From Carpediemonas membranifera BICM (lineage: Eukaryota; Protista; Fornicata): 64,000 bases of DNA. The DNA is taken from the NCBI GenBank assembly GCA_019828565.1, contig JAHDYR010000067.1:745094-809093 (forward strand). The letters are read 5' to 3'. The first letter of the stretch is position 1, and every line of letters starts with the position of its first letter. The position numbers were made by a program, and so were the translations under genes. Below, one piece after another: positions 22,753 to 37,619 of this stretch. Under the pieces are notes generated by a model. That model saw nothing but the letters and a program-made list of their open reading frames with translations, did not search any database and was not told the DNA's origin.

Positions 22753-25301
22753 CTACTCAGCGCGTGCATGACCGCAAATGCAGCAAACAAGCTCCTCACC
22801 CATGTCTGCCAACTCGCAAACCATCACCCCAGACTCTTCGTCCCATGCCAAAGCCGTATAATCGTTGACGTACTGCCACATCTCGTCAACGAGCTCCTGG
22901 AAGAGGCGCACCACCGCCGCCGTGGCATGGAATTGGTGCCTTGCCTCCATGTGGCTGCGAATGGCGAACCATGAGCGAGCTTGTCTGCAGCATTGGTGGA
23001 CTCGGACACGACGAAGCCTGTTCAGCGGGGGACTGAGTAGTCCTGGCGACCGAACGAGCGAATACCCGTTAAGAACGTGCAGATGAGGGTGGTCTGCTCG
23101 GTCAAACACAGCTTCGATCATGGCCGACCTGTGCAACTCGGCTCGGACCTCCTGGTTCTTGATGAACTCTCTCTCAAAAGAACTCCCTCGAGGAGGTAAA
23201 AAAAGAGGAATGCGGAGATGATCGTGAAGAAGAGGCTGGGCAGTGAGCCTGCTGTTGACATAGAGTGTCTGGGCACATGGCTTCTCCGCCTTGTCTGCTT
23301 GCCCAGGAGGGAGCAACGCCAGCTTTGTCTGGTGTGCCTGCAGACTGAGCATGACGTGGAACAGGTGGCACATGGACGCGGCCAAGAAGTGGAATGCGAC
23401 TTTGCTGTCGGTGACAGGCTCGGTTGAGTAGTAAAGAGCCTGGAGATAGCCAATGAGTCGCACAATATCTTGGACGGACTCAGGAAGAGCCTCGTAATCC
23501 CTCGTTCGTGGTGTTCGCCATGCGAACTCTGGCAGCAGACTGCTCGTTGCACCCGACAGTGCGGTCAATACTGCGGTTGGATGACATGCGCTGGAGCTTG
23601 CGCTTGTCTACGGCAGTTGCGTTCCGATCAGCGGGGAAGCTGGCGCATAGCCGTGCCACTTGCTCGAGCAGGCGGTGCGAGTTGTGCATGATCGGAGGAC
23701 AAAAAGACAACTCGCTCCCGTGTGGATGACTCGGGGCTCTGGCCGGTTCTCGAAGATGGCCCTCTTGTCGGAGAAGTTGCCATACTCCTCTTTCGGGTCC
23801 CTGCACACGGTCGGGGTCGGCCTGCACGGCGTGGAACGCTGCCTTCTGCTCGAGCAAATCATGCAAGGTGACCCGAGAGTGCGCCGGAATGGGGTGCAGC
23901 GCCTTGTGGTCTCGACGGATGCTGTTGAAGGGCTGGGGATAGTGCCCTCCATTACCCTCGATGCCGGATGACAGCTTCCCTGATGGCCGCGTGATCGCCC
24001 ATGACGATGACTTGGTCGAAGGTGGTGACCTGGTCAGTTCCTCTGATCGGTATGAGGGGCTTGATAGATCCGCTCGACTTCTTCCCTCAACGAGTTGAAG
24101 GTTTCCCTCCTCCGTCAGCTCCTTCTCACCGGCAAGACACTCAACGAGTCGGAAGGGGGAGTGATGCGGTTAGGGGAACGTGAAGCCCTGACGGGTCGTA
24201 GATGCGGATCTTGAACGTTGCGGTATGTCCCTTCCATGCGTCGAGCCACAGGAGTAGTTTTAGTGGTTGGAACTCGACATGGCCTGGGTCCTGAAGGGCA
24301 CGAGAGCAACGCTCGAAGTTCGTCTGGTCAGACTCGAGCCACTCCGGGTGAAGCACTGCCTGCTGCAGATAGTACACGCCATCGAACCACACCGTTTCCA
24401 CCTTGTCCCAGGTCGAGCTGTTCAGTCGCTTGCCCAGATGGGCGATACCTACACTGCCTTTGAGGGACTGGTAGTGCTGGACAGCGTCGGATTCGCTGTC
24501 ATAGTGGAGGGTGAGCGTCGGTCGCTCCCAAGTGTGGTCGGCGACGAGGTCGTGGTCGAAAAAAACGGAGTCGGCTCGGCTCCGTCGGCTACAGTCAAAC
24601 GGTTCGTGAGCTCAAGTCGCGACTGCGTGCCGGACATGGTACGCCGCCATGTTGTATTGCCTGAGACCGACCTGCACGGCACGAGATGCTTGACGAAGGC
24701 GCGCTCCTCCTCAGTGAGGGCCTCTGAGACACCAGATATTCTGGTCATGTCAATGCCAAGGTCCTTAATGAGCACCTCCGCGGTCTTGTTCTTCGAGATC
24801 GGCTTTCCAAGCCGGCGGGAGATGTTGTTGATGAGCTTAAAGAGCTCTTGGGTCGAGTTGAAGCCATTGCGGACGTACATCAGGATCGATGTGAGCTCCA
24901 TGATCTCAGAAAAAGTTGGCGGAGCGCTCCTCTGAGTCGTTGTAGTCCTGCACAGCACGCTCCTGGATGGCGTGGGTGCGGTAATCGTCCCGTACGAAGA
25001 CAGGGTGAGGAGGGTGTTGATTTCCGTGTGCGGTTGCGGCACGTTGGAAGGGACGGGAGTCTGCTGGAGGGCGGAAGAACCTTGCGTCGTGAATGCGCTG
25101 GGAGATCAGGTCCGCCTCCTCCATCTCGCGGACGAGCTGGCAGAATTGCTCGCGCTGAGGTCTTGTTCTGGCGGAGTTGAGGCCAATTCCGACCATGGCG
25201 AAGTAGGTACAGCCAAGAAGGTAATTCATGCGCTCAACTGAGCGTGGCTGGTCATCATATATTGTACCGATGTGGCTCTCGAACACAATATGAGCAACCA
25301 T
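22753..25301 (-). CDS. RAG1/Transib-like DDE transposase, copy 3
   Basis: Repeat of 45189-47728 with indels. Confidence 0.7.
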
Positions 25302-26369
25302 GATTTCTGTAGAGTTTAAAAAAACAAGATTTTTTGTGCAAAAACTAGGCAGGTACATGCGCAACGGTCTGTGAGATAAATCAGACAATTTGGCTGTTGC
25401 TATAGCTCTATAAGAGCAGCTACAACTGCGCTGCCGGGGTTCCTTCTTCTTCTCTGGCCGTTTCAACACTATTTCACAATTTCACCAGTTTCACACAATT
25501 GGTGAAACAATGTTCAGAACTCCTTCAGTTTATGGACGTTGGCTCCGAAACTAAAGCAGTGTGTGTATGAGAGTGCCTGATTAAGATTCATCTGATTTTT
25601 CATCTGCATTACTTGCGAATTTGCTGTTGTGCTCCTTGTGCACAAAAAAAGCAAATCTGGATTTGATCTCGAATATTGCCATGATGAAGGCGACACAAAA
25701 TGCTCATTTGCCAACCAGTGCAGCTAGAAGAAAAATGGTAAAAAGTTATGGATACTGCATGGGATGAGGCCCCCGTTGATGTGTTAAACGGCCATGATCG
25801 ACCGCTCAACGTCAGCGCCTCTTTGGGCACCTTCTGCGGCGGTGGATCATGCCAATTGCCGATCTCAGCTCTATGGAGCTAAGTGCACTTGAGCTCTGAG
25901 CCAAGTCTTCTGATTCCATCTTATCGCCGATAAAAAAAATTGCAAATTTTGAGATACAGAAGATTGAATCTGTCCCCCAGAAAACCGAACATACTCCGAT
26001 GATGTATACTGACTATATACCACCGTAGTATGGCCTGCTTTCTGGGGGACAGCTTCATCTTTGATTGGTTGATTCAGTCATTAGTTCCCGGCGACTGAGA
26101 AGGAGTTGACGCATAAAAACAACAGAGGATACTCTTTAGAACACACAGACTTTGCTGACAAGGCCACTTGGTCGTACGACCACTTTTTGCCTTCGACCTT
26201 AAAATGCGAGAGGCAATTTGCTCGACCACCAATCTCGCACATGTTACATCAAGCATGGATATGTCATTAATGCACTCGCATCTATCATTTCAGCTGCTTC
26301 TTAGGACTTCGAACGCCCTGAAGCACGAATAAGGAATTTGCGTTTATCCTCCGTATATCCCCGGATTAA

Positions 26370-26562
26370 CTGGCCATTCTAACAGTATGTCCATACTCTC
26401 CCTTCTTGAACCCCATAGAGGTAGTATTCGGCCAAGTCAAGGCCTATGTCGCCACGCATTTTTAAGGAAGAAGGCCGTTTGCCCAGTATCCTCCATGCCT
26501 TCGACCTGGTCAAGGACTCTGACATCCTCGGACTCTACGCCAAGCATGGCTATGCTTTGTAA
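26370..26562 (+). pseudogene. Tc1/IS630 transposase remnant, copy 3
   Basis: Repeat of 4070-4262. Confidence 0.72.
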
Positions 26563-26569
26563 ATGCTGT

Positions 26570-27010
26570 TTATTCAAGTAGCGCTTGGCTTTCGGCCACG
26601 GAAACATCAGAAGGCGACGGAGCTTCCTCAAGGCTAGCAACGAATGAGATAACGCGGGAGTACACTTCTGGGCGGACGGGAATGCTGATGAAGGTCGGCT
26701 TTTTGAGCCTCTCTACGGCGGGGGACGTAGTCGCTGGATGACGGTGTCGTGTGAGGGGTCATAAGACCGGCTGGTGGCGTAGCTACGGTTGCAGTTGCAT
26801 TGTCGATTTCATATGCCCATGCCGCGATGATTTTTTTCCAGGCAGCGAGCGCGAGAGCTCATTGTCTCGTACCAACTCCTTCATCCGGGGCGTTAACACC
26901 GCGTCAACGGCTGCTTGATCGCTGTTTACCTCCAATACGTTTTTGAATGGGCATCCATTGGCGTTATGACCGGTAACACGGCACCTACTGCATGTTACAG
27001 TTCTCGACAT
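26570..27010 (-). CDS. Zinc-knuckle protein, copy 3
   Basis: CSRCRVTGHNANGC. Confidence 0.6.
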
Positions 27011-27074
27011 CAGCTTCCCATCAAAAAGTTCTTCTCCCAATCAAACTTCTGGACACTTTTAGATCAAAACTGCA

Positions 27075-27436
27075 ATAACCATTTTTTTGCCCCTTGATCG
27101 GGTTTCGAATAAACCTCACTTCGTCATTAGTTCTCTTTATTTGGCCACAGTAAGCTTACTCACCGCCATGGACTATCAAACGATTTCAGCCCCTTTTCTC
27201 AACGACATTCGTTCCGAAACGGCCTTCTGCAGCTTCAACGACAAGTTCGAGGCCTATTCCGCCCAAGTTCCCGACGACAGAGCACTATCTGTCCGTATGC
27301 TCATTTCCAGCCGTGTTTTTACGCCTGATCCGCCTTCGCATTGACAACTTTGACGACCTTCCAGATGAAAAACGTCCTGTCGGCGATCTACTCCGCCTTC
27401 TTCGCTCCCAAGAGCACTCAGGCCGTTCTGTCTAAG
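27075..27436 (+). mobile_element. Gypsy LTR/gag fragment, copy 3
   Basis: Repeat of 4777-5135. Confidence 0.92.
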
Positions 27437-28154
27437 GTAAGCAGTCCTGCAGGACGAGTTCGTTGGCAAGCATTTTTCTCCGGAGTGAGAATGATGCACG
27501 TATGCTCGTATGCCTGGGTCGAAATGGACTGCTTAAGCAGAGAGAACTCGCTATTGTCCGCTCCGGTACAGGTGGCGAAGTAGATGAGCCGAACCCGGCT
27601 GGTGGTGACGAGGGATGGCTCACGGAAAGCGAAGAGGATCATCTGTACGATATCGTGAAGGTACAGGAACTCGTTAGCGCTCGCATTAACGATCATTCTC
27701 GACGTTGTGGTCTCGCTGTGGCCAGAAACAACCCAGAATGTCTCGAAATTGGCGAATTCCCTGCAGCCAACTGTTGCAGTATGGAGCCGAGGTGGGTCGT
27801 CGAGACGAAACTGACGGCAACCGTGGTGAGCCACTCGTCGCTGACGAGATCGAGGATGGCCTTCATGCGCTTGTGGTACCCCTCGGAGCCAGCAAGCCCG
27901 GTGACAGTGAAGACCGGGTTCGCACAAGTAGGTGCTTCGAAGCCATGGACTGGCTCGAGCAGGATAACGATGCGGCGGTTCACAAGCTTGCTCAGGGTGA
28001 AGGGGCAGTCATGCGTGTACCTGATTCCGTCATATTCCTTCAGGCCCTGGTTGCGAAGGTCAGAACGCGGCCTAGTGATTCCACAGACGCATTCATACGT
28101 GAGAGGATGGTCGCTGATGCGTCTGGTACCGAATTTGCCAAATTTCCTCTCCAT
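27432..28154 (-). CDS. Putative caspase-fold protein, copy 3 (indel-broken)
   Basis: Repeat of 5131-5850. Confidence 0.48.
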
Positions 28155-28337
28155 TTGGCAACTACCACTTTTTTTCCAACACTGGTAGTTGGCCGAACCA
28201 GCTATAGGGAAGGATATGGACCACAATAAGCAAGCATTCTGGTGTTACAGATAAGATATTGTATGTGTGTCCTTTACGGTGTGAGACGGCCCCATCAATC
28301 CCGAGAAATACCGCGTGTCCGTTTGCAAAAAAATCAG

Positions 28338-29148
28338 ATGGCGAGAAGAAAGGCGCTCCCACCAAAGCCGCAGCCTGGGGGTATCAGAATACCCATTACG
28401 TCCACTGCGGGCAAGACGCCGCCGTCTGCGCCTTCAAATGATTCTCAGGAGGATTCCTCAAGCGAAGATTCCATCATTGAATCCGTTGTGCATACTCAGG
28501 CACTGCATCCGGATCTGGTCGCCGCGATCTACCCAAACACTCCCGAGGAGTCGATCAGGGGAGCTTAAGGAGGCCGAGAAGGACCTTCCTCCCCTCGAAC
28601 CCCCGAGTTGGTTATCCACCCGGCTGACCCACCCCTCCATTGCCGTTGAGGTGCAGCCTTGTCTGGCTCCCGACCACACGGACGTGGGTAGAGGCCTCAT
28701 TGCAACTGCCGCAATTGAGCCCGGAAAGCTCCTCGGCATTTACGCCGGTAGGATTGTGTCCGACGAGGACTACCACGCGAATAACAGCAACATGGTGTTT
28801 TGTTCATTGTTCATTATGCCTTTACACAGCATTTCATTCGACGCTAGCAACCTTCACGTCGACGCCGGCGAAGGTGAAGGCATTGGTGTACACCTCATCA
28901 ACCACAGTGAGAGTGACACCAACTGCCAGTTCACCAACCGTTTGCTCAAGGACCTTCCAGTCCTTGCGGTTGAGTCGACGAACGTCATTCAGGCCGAAGA
29001 GTTTCTTCGTATCAGTTACGGCGAGATCTTCTTTGATGCGGGTGAGGTCTTAACCATTGCTAGGTTCCCGAGTCTGCCCATTTCTCATCCGAACTATCTC
29101 ACAAGGTTCCTGGAGCAGTATCCGGCACTCAAGAAGCGGAAGAAATGA
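28338..29148 (+). CDS. SET-domain methyltransferase, copy 3
   Basis: Repeat of 6034-6846. Confidence 0.82.
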
Positions 29149-29175
29149 ATTAAAAATGTCAAAACGTCTCTTTTT

Positions 29176-29834
29176 TTACTCGGGAACTCCACGCTTAACG
29201 TCCTCGGCATCAACAACTCTCTTTTTCGCGATCCTTATCGACTGCCTTGCGCTTGATATAAGTCGTATGAGCCTTTCTCTTACCACCCTTTGAACGTTTG
29301 CGGACAAATAGCGTCGCATGCTCATCCTTGACGACCACAATAGCTTGCGCCGCAGCCACATCTTCATCAGATCCACGCCGGACCATGCCGGACTCATAAA
29401 CTTCCGTCAAATGCATCCGCACAATATACTTGTCATGGTACGTCAACATCTTGACCCAGATAACGACTACAGTCTTGCTCTTCAGAGCTGACCAGGCCAT
29501 GACACCAAAGTTGCTGTACCAATCAGTGGCATCGTCGAACATCAGGGTGGGCACGAACACGTTAGACGTCTCAAGCCTCAGCCTCTCGCCAGCATCGGAG
29601 AATCCCCAGGCGCGCACCTCCTCCCTCACTGCTGCCACTTCCTCTGCCGCAAACTTCTTGTCGAACTCGCCATTCTCAACCTTCTGCAGGCAGTAGCCGA
29701 TGCACAATCCATCCGGGTTGACTGCAATCTTCCGCCAACTCTTACGATCTTTTGAGAACTCGCTCGCCTACCTTGTCGTACTCCACGTCGATGTACTTCT
29801 GCCTATCAACGTCGCTCCGTAAGTATATCTGCAT
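29176..29834 (-). CDS. OTU-like domain, copy 3
   Basis: Repeat of 6873-7530. Confidence 0.62.
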
Positions 29835-31338
29835 AGGGGAACATTGGCAGGCGTCGGAGAGTGCTGTTTGATGATAGCCTTCATCTCTGGCGACAGACCG
29901 AGGTCGAGGGGTGGGACCGTTATGAACTTCTGGCCCCCGTACCTCATCATGGTGCTATTGATCCGAGTCCATAAGGCTCCAGTCACATTGTTCCTCTGGA
30001 ACAGTACCATCAAGGCAGCGAGAGGAACGTAGCGGTCAAGCTCCACTGTTGCCTCCTCGGCGCGCCTGACAAGCTCAGCCCAGTTGTCCTCGAGTTCATC
30101 GGCGAGCGCTTCAAGCCCAGCCTCACTCGCCCGTGCCAACTCTGCTTGAGTAAACTGATGGATCGCCTGATCCTCGGCCTTCTGCTGACCTAACTCAGCT
30201 TCAAGTCTCTTCTGGGACTCCTCAGACTCTCTGTTAGCCTGTTCAAGCGCCTCCCTCGCCTCCCTCTCCTCAGCAAGCCGTTTTATCAAGGGCTCGTACT
30301 GCTCCAACAAGCGCACAGACTCAGGGACATCATCAAGGCCTGCAATGGTGTCGTCTAGCTGCTGAAGGAGAGAACCAACGGTGTCTCGTGTCGTCCACAT
30401 CGGACTCTACGTCGACGTCTTGATCAGACTGTGGCAAAGGAACGCCGTCACCCCTGCATGGCGGCCGGTTCAGAGTGGCCATCGGACTCGGACTCGTCAG
30501 TGTCGGAAAAATTCATCGTGTGTCGTGGACTCTGCGTCGACAACCGGAAGCGGCTGAGGGGCAGCAACGACGGAAGAAGGCTTGGTGGCTGCTGCTGAGC
30601 GATCCTGGGCCCGGACTAACTCCTCTTGGACCTTCATCCAGAGCGGCAGTCGATGAGGCGAGCTCCTTCTCAAGACGAGCGATCTTCCTCTTCAGAGGAG
30701 CTGACGGATCGAGCGAACCGATCTTAGCCAACTCCTCGGCCAGCTTCTCTGAGCCAGCGAAGGACAGCTTCTTGCTGAGCTGGGCGTGGGCGATAAACTG
30801 GCCAAATTGGCCTGCCGGAACACGAGAATCGAGTTTCTTCGAGTCCTTGTGGCGCAACACAAGGTGGAATGCGCGGTAAATCTCAACCTGCTTCTCAACA
30901 GGGAGCGAGTCGACGCCGACTAGAGCCTTATGAACAGATTTGGCGGTGAAGTGGTCACAAAACTTCCGTCGGAATGCCCTCAATTGTGTCGGGAGAGTCA
31001 AAGTCGACCTCGCAGAGGTAGTTGCGGTTAGTTGCGTCACATATCGCGCGTAGTTTGGCAACTCCATAGTCGTGAACGTGCTGGCTTAAAGTGCGCTTCA
31101 ACGGGAACCCGAAAAACAACGTTGATCGTACGAATGCTGATCAGACGGACGCAAACGAAGAACAGAGGGTCATCAGAGACGATGCCGTGATCTTGCAGCC
31201 AGGTTATACGGCTCTTTGTGGACGAAAGGGCGTCGTATGCACGGAATGAATCATCTGTGTAAATAGGACCGTGAAAAATGAAATGAAATGAAATGAAAAA
31301 AATGAAAGTGACATACCAGAATCGTCAGGAGCAAGCAT
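29768..31338 (-). CDS. Coiled-coil/acidic protein, copy 3 (indel-broken)
   Basis: Repeat of 7464-9025. Confidence 0.7.
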
Positions 31339-32075
31339 TGTCTCCTTCAGTTTGCCGAGAGAGATGATGTCTTCGTTAACCATTGTCAATTTGGTCCTCA
31401 GAAGACTTTCTCGAAAAAAATGAAATACGTTTTATCTCAATAAATATTGCCAGCTGTCATGTAAATACCTCCGATCAGCCATAAAGACCCAAGAGCTACC
31501 CCTTGGCCGATTTTTCAGCTCATTCTGCACCTGCGCTGTTTTGGCCGTTTTTCGATGGACATCTCCTCGCTCCATTTTTCGATTTTTGTCAATTTGGTCC
31601 TCAGAGGACACAGATTAAATTTTTTTCAGTGTCCCTCTGAGGACAACATTGACAGGATTTGTAGCTTATCCATGGCCCCCGAAACTGAAATCGCTGAAAG
31701 CTCAGAGACGTCGTTATATCATCTATAACGGCATCTCTGAGCTTTTTGAGCGCACAGTCTCATCCTGACGTGGAGATCGATGGTGGTGAAAAATGAAGAA
31801 TTGACTAGGAGATCTCTACGCTTGCATGCAGCCTTCTATTAGGTTGTTGATGTTGGTTATATGCTTCTTTTTCGTTCTCGATGCGTGTGGATGAGTATTC
31901 TGTTGCAAGATTCATTTTTGATGGACTGATGTTGGTTATAGAGGATAAAGGCACCAGAATGGATCATATGCATGCTATAAACCCGTTCTGTGCCGTTGGA
32001 ATACCATAGCTGCGCAGCAATGTCGAGAGTCACAGTTCATTTCACATTTTCACACGCATTTTTAAGGAAACAACG

Positions 32076-32847
32076 ATGGCAAAGAAGTAAACAAGGCAAT
32101 ATACAGGCCACTGAAGCTCAAAAGGAGAGGAGAATGGCTCTTTGGCAAGAAAGCGCAGCAAAAGAGCCAGAGCAAGTCCAACAAGTCTACGAAAAACAGC
32201 CCGAAAAAGCTCACAAGACGCCCATTGAGATCGTTCAGACCTTTATCAGCAATTTCCTCCTTAATAATGACGATATTACCCGCGCAAACGGATGGGTTGT
32301 CGACTTCAGCCAGAAGTTTGCCGCCGAGGTCCCTAAGATGAAAGTAGCCTCCTTGAAGAAGGACAAGCTCTACGGCAATCTCCAGTCGGTCGAAGAGATC
32401 AGCCGCAAGTGGCAGGGAGGCGGTGATGAGGACAAGCGTCACCGCTTCAAGGCTCTCCTCAGTCTTGACGCCCAGACAGATGAGCTGGACACGGACGACC
32501 CACTCATCGCGACTGTCCGCGAGATGGATGATGCCTTTCACCGCATTCCCCATCGCCTACCGGGCTAAAGGTCCATGCCTTCGCTGCTTCATCGTGCGGT
32601 GTGACGGTCGATGACGTCAAGCTCGTCCTGAGCAAGCCTTTGCCGTGACCGCGACGCGGATCTCATCTTCGCCAGACCCACCAGAGTTCTCGAAGAAGGA
32701 GGCTAAGACACTCAGTCAGCTCACTTCTGTCATTGCCAAGCCCGGAATGCGGAACGTGCTGAGGCTGAATCGCGTGATGTGCTGCGTCGCAAGGTATACC
32801 AAGCCATCATGAATTACTACTTAGAGTGTTCGGCACAGGAGCTATAA
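32076..32847 (+). CDS. H3-tail-like N-terminus protein, copy 3 (indel-broken)
   Basis: Repeat of 9754-10517. Confidence 0.68.
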
Positions 32848-32873
32848 ATTCTTTGTTTTATTTTCATTTCATT

Positions 32874-33802
32874 TTACACTTCTTCGTCATCCTCAACGGA
32901 AATATTCCATTCACTGTCCCAGAAGTTGGCTTTCTTCTCCTTACGCATCTCGGTCCTCGTTTCCTTGATCTCTTTGACCAGTGTGAAAGAACGAAGGTTG
33001 TAATGGCGGATAATCATCAACTTCTGCCTGATTCGGGTGACGTTAGGCCGTTTTGCCGCACGTTCACGGCGCACGGACACACGGGTGCGTTCCACGAACG
33101 AGTCAACACTCCTCTTGTCGGAAGCAGGCATCCCATGAGGCGTGCTGATCAAGTCTATTACCATGGTTGGTCACGCGGATCAACGTAGAGCCTTGCATTA
33201 TCATCCCACAGCACTCTGTCGAGGCTCTTGCCGAGGTTGGTCCACTTGTTGGGACCCATCGTGCCCTCCATCGTGACAATGGCAAGTGGGTTGCCCCGTG
33301 TCCACCAGCTGCTCGACCTGCGACGGGTCCGATGACTCCTTGAGGCCAAAGGACGCGCCATGTCCTGGAGTCGCTTGTCGCACTGCAGTCGAGACGAGTT
33401 CTTCGGCGAGATGCTATGCTAAAGAAGCACCCTCGCGAACCCCAAGACCTCTGCAGGGAGACGGCTGTCCGGCGGCCGATGACAAACCGCTCCTGGTGCA
33501 GTTGTCCGCTCCAGGGTCTGCCCCTCCTGTACGACTCGCGGGAAGAGAAGGCATGCAGCGGTGATTTGTCCATCTCAACACAGTGCGATGAGACTGTGTG
33601 TTAACAAGAAGTGTAGTGGGTCTGACATACATGACGAGATGAGTAGTTCAGACAGTCGAGGTTCAAGTCGCTGATCTCTGTTGAAGAAGGCCCTGACCAG
33701 ACGGCAAGAGCTCAGACTTGTCTGAAAGCTTGACATATTGAATATAGGCCTTGTGTTGCGATAGAATTCATCGTCGAGCCATGTCGGAAGTGGCGTTTCC
33801 AT
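32874..33802 (-). CDS. GNAT acetyltransferase, copy 3 (noisy)
   Basis: Repeat of 10542-11468; this copy reads through to ...EDDEEV. Confidence 0.62.
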
Positions 33803-33930
33803 TGTTTTCGCAGAACAGAGTGGCGTAATGTGAAAATTATTGAAGACTCACCAATGTTGAAAAAGAGATGTGGTAGTTAGGGAAACACCCAAATGGGATG
33901 TACTGACCAATAGAAACTCCTTTTCACTCA

Positions 33931-36536
33931 CTACTCAGCGCGTGCATGACCGCAGTGCAGCAAACAAGCTCCTCACCCATGTCACGCGCAACTCGCAAAC
34001 CATCACCCAGACTCTTCGTCCCATGCCCAAAAAAGCCCAGTATAATCGTTGACGTACTGCCACATCGTCAGCGAGCTCCTGGAAAGGGCGCACCACCGCC
34101 GCGTGGCATGGAATTGAGTGCCTCTGCCTCCATGTGGCTGCGAATGGCGAACCATGAGGCGAGCTTGTCTGCAGCGATGAGTGGACTCAGACACGACGAA
34201 AGCCTGTTCAGCAGGGGGACTGAGTAGTCCTGGCGACCAGAACGAGTATGCCGGTTAAGAACATGTTGCAGATGAGGGAGTGGTCTGCTCCGGGTCAGAA
34301 CACAGCATCTCTCGATCATGGCCGACCTGTGCAGCTCAGCTCCGGACCTCCTGGTTCGCTAGTGATACTCTCTCAAGAGAACTCCTCGAGGAGTGTAAAA
34401 AGAGGAATGCAGGAGATGATCGTTGAAGAGAGGCTGGGCAGTGAGCCTGCTGTTGACATAGAGTGTCTGGGCACATGGCTTCTCCCGCCTTATCTGCTTT
34501 GCCCAGGAGAGGGAGCAACGCCAGCTTTGTCTGTGTGCCTGCAGAACTGAGCATGACGTGGAACAGGTGGCACATGGACGCGGCCAAGAAGTGGAATGCG
34601 ACTTTGCTGTCGGTGACGAGGCTCGGTTGAGTAGTAAAGAGCCTGAGGAGTATGGCCAGTGCGCATGTAATATCTGGACGGACTCGGGAAAAGCGCTACC
34701 GTAATCCTCGTTCGTGGTGTTCGCCATGCGAGCTCACACGAACTGCTCGTTGCCCGGCAGTGCGGGTCAATGCTGCGAGTTGGATGGCATGCGCTGGAGC
34801 TTGCGCTTGTCTACGGCAGTTGCGTTCCGATCAGCAGCGGGAAGCTGGCGCATAGCCGATGCCACTTGCTCGGCAGGCGGTGCGAGTTGTACGCATGATC
34901 GGAGGACAAAAGACAGCTCGCTCCGATGTGGATGACTCAGGGCTCTGGCCGGTTCTCGAAGATGGCCCTCTTGTCGGAGAGGATTTTCATACTCCTCTTT
35001 CGGGTCCTGCACACGCGGTCGGGGTGCGGCGTGGAACGCTGCCTTCTGCTCGAGCAAATCATGCAAGGTGACCAGAGGTGCGCCGGAATGGGGTGCAACG
35101 CCTTGTGTCTCGACGGATGCTGTTGAAGGGCTGAATGAAATTGCCCTCCATTACCCTCGATGCCGGATGACAGCTTCTGATGGCCGCGTGATCGCCCATG
35201 AGCGATGACTTGGTCGAAGGTGGTGACCTGGTCAGTTCCTCTCTGATCGCGGTATGAGGGCTTGGTGGATCGCTCGACTGCTTCCTCAACAGGAGTTGAA
35301 GGGTTTCCCCTCCTCCGTCAGCTCCTTCTCACCGGCAAGACCTCCAACGAGGTCGGAGGGGGAGTGATGCGGTTGAGAACATGAAGCCTGACGGATGTCA
35401 GATGGTGAATCTTGCAGGCGATACTGCAGCTGTCCATCCAGAGCCACAGGGTAGTTTTTGAGTGGTTTGGGAACTCGAGCATGGCGCAGGGTCCTGAAAG
35501 GGGCACTGAGCAACGCTCGAGGTTCGTCTGGTCAGACTCGAGAGCCACTCCCAGGGTGAAGCACCACCTGCTGCGAGATAGTACACGCCATCAGAACCAC
35601 ACCGTTTCCCGCTTGTCCCAGGTCGAGGCTGTTCAGTCGCTTGCGCCCAGATGGGCGATACGCCCTGCCTTTGAGGACTGGTGGTGCTGGACAGCGTCAG
35701 TTCGCTGTCACTGGTGGAGGGTGGGCGTGGGATCGCTCCCAAAGTATGGTCAAGCGACGAGGTCGTGGTCGAAAAACAGGAGTCGAGCTCGGCTCCGTCG
35801 GCTACGAGTCCCGAGCGGTTCGTGACTCCAAGTGCGACTGCGTGCCGGACATGAGTACGCCGCCATGTTGTATTGCCTGGACGGGACTGAGGCACGAGAT
35901 GCTCTGTGAAGGCGCGCTCCTCCTGCAGTGAGGGCCTCTGGGACACCAGGAAATGATTCTGGTGTATCAATGCCAAGGTCCCTTAATGAGCACCTCCGCG
36001 GTCTTGTTCTTCGAGATCGGCGCTTTCCAAAAGCCGGCGGGAGATGTTGTTATGAGCTAAAGGCTCTCGGGTCAGTTGAAAAGCCATTGCGGACGTACAT
36101 CGGGATCGATGTGAGCTCCATGATCTCCAGAAGCCCGGCGGAGCGCTCCTCCTGAGTCGTTGTGTCCTGCACAGCTCGCTCTGGATGCGCGTGGGTGCGG
36201 TGTAATCGCCCGTACGAACAGGGTGAGGAGAGTGTCCGTCCGTGTCGGTTGCGGCACGTTGCGGAAGGGACGAGGAGTCAGTCTGGAGGCAGGCAGTCGC
36301 TTTGCGTGGTGAATGCGCGCTGGAGATCGGAGTCCGCCTCCTCCATCTCGCGGAACGAGCTGCTGGCAAATTGCTCGCGCTGAGGATTCTTCTGGCGGAG
36401 TTGGGGAGCCAATTCCGACCGCTGGCTTGGTATGGGCGCGGCCAAGAAGGTAATTCGTGCGCTCAACGCTGGGCGTGGCTGGTCGTGCTATATTATTGTA
36501 CCGATGTGGCTCTCGGAGCACAATATGAGCAACCAT
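33931..36536 (-). CDS. RAG1/Transib-like DDE transposase, copy 4 (very noisy consensus)
   Basis: Colinear with the other copies, with dense random indels. Confidence 0.6.
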
Positions 36537-37619
36537 GATTTCTGTAGAGTTTACAAGATTTTTGCGCAAAAGCTAGGCGCACATGCTGGCGTGTCGCGTG
36601 CGAGATCAAATCAGGCAATTTTGGCTGTTGGCTAAATCTATAGCAGACGCGGCTACAACTGCTGCAGGGTTTCCACTTCAACTGCTTCTCTGGCCGTTTC
36701 TACACTATTTCACTGAATTTCACCAGTTTCACACAATGGTGGTGAAAGCAATGTCTTTCAGGAGATCCTTCGTTTATGGATGGCGTTGGCTCGAAAGCTG
36801 AAAGCCAGTGTGTGTGTATGAGAGTGCCTGATTAAGATTCATCTGATTTTCATCTTAGTACTTGCGAATTTGCTGCTGTATCGCCAATGCGCAGCAAATC
36901 TGGATTGATCTCGGGCACTATTGCCATGATGAAGGCGACACAAAATAGCTCATTTGCCAACCAGTGCGGCTAGAAAGAAAATGGTAAAAGTTGCATGGAT
37001 ACTGCATGGGATGGCCCCCGTTGATGTGTTAAACGGCCATGATCGACAAGACGCTCAACGTCAGCGCCTCTTTGGGCACCTTCTGCGGCGGTGGATCATG
37101 CCAATTGCCGATCTCAGCTCTATGGGGCTAAAGTGCGCTGAGAGCTCTGAGCCAAAGTCTTCTGATTCCATCTTATCGCCGATAAAAAGTGCAAGTACGA
37201 TGCAGAAAGATTGAATCTGTCAGAAAACGCAGAACATACTCCCGATGCTGTATGCGACTGTACCACCGTGTCTGGCCTGCTCTGACGGCTCATTCTTTGA
37301 TTGGTTGGATTCAGTCATTGGTTCCCGGCGACTGAGAGGAGTTGCGGCTGCTCATATATATCTTTGATACTCTTTAGAACACCTGGAACTTACGCTGGGC
37401 AGAGCTTGGTCATTTGCGTCGCACGCGCTTCTGAGCACTTAGCAAAATGCGAGGAGGCGGGTGCTCGACCACCAATCTCGCACATATGTTACATCAAGCG
37501 CGGATATGTCGTGCAATGCACTCGCATCTGTCATTTCAGCTTCGCTTCTTAGGACTTCGAACGCCTGAAAGCTTTGACGGAAAGAATTGCGTTTATCCTC
37601 CGTATATCCCCGGATTTAA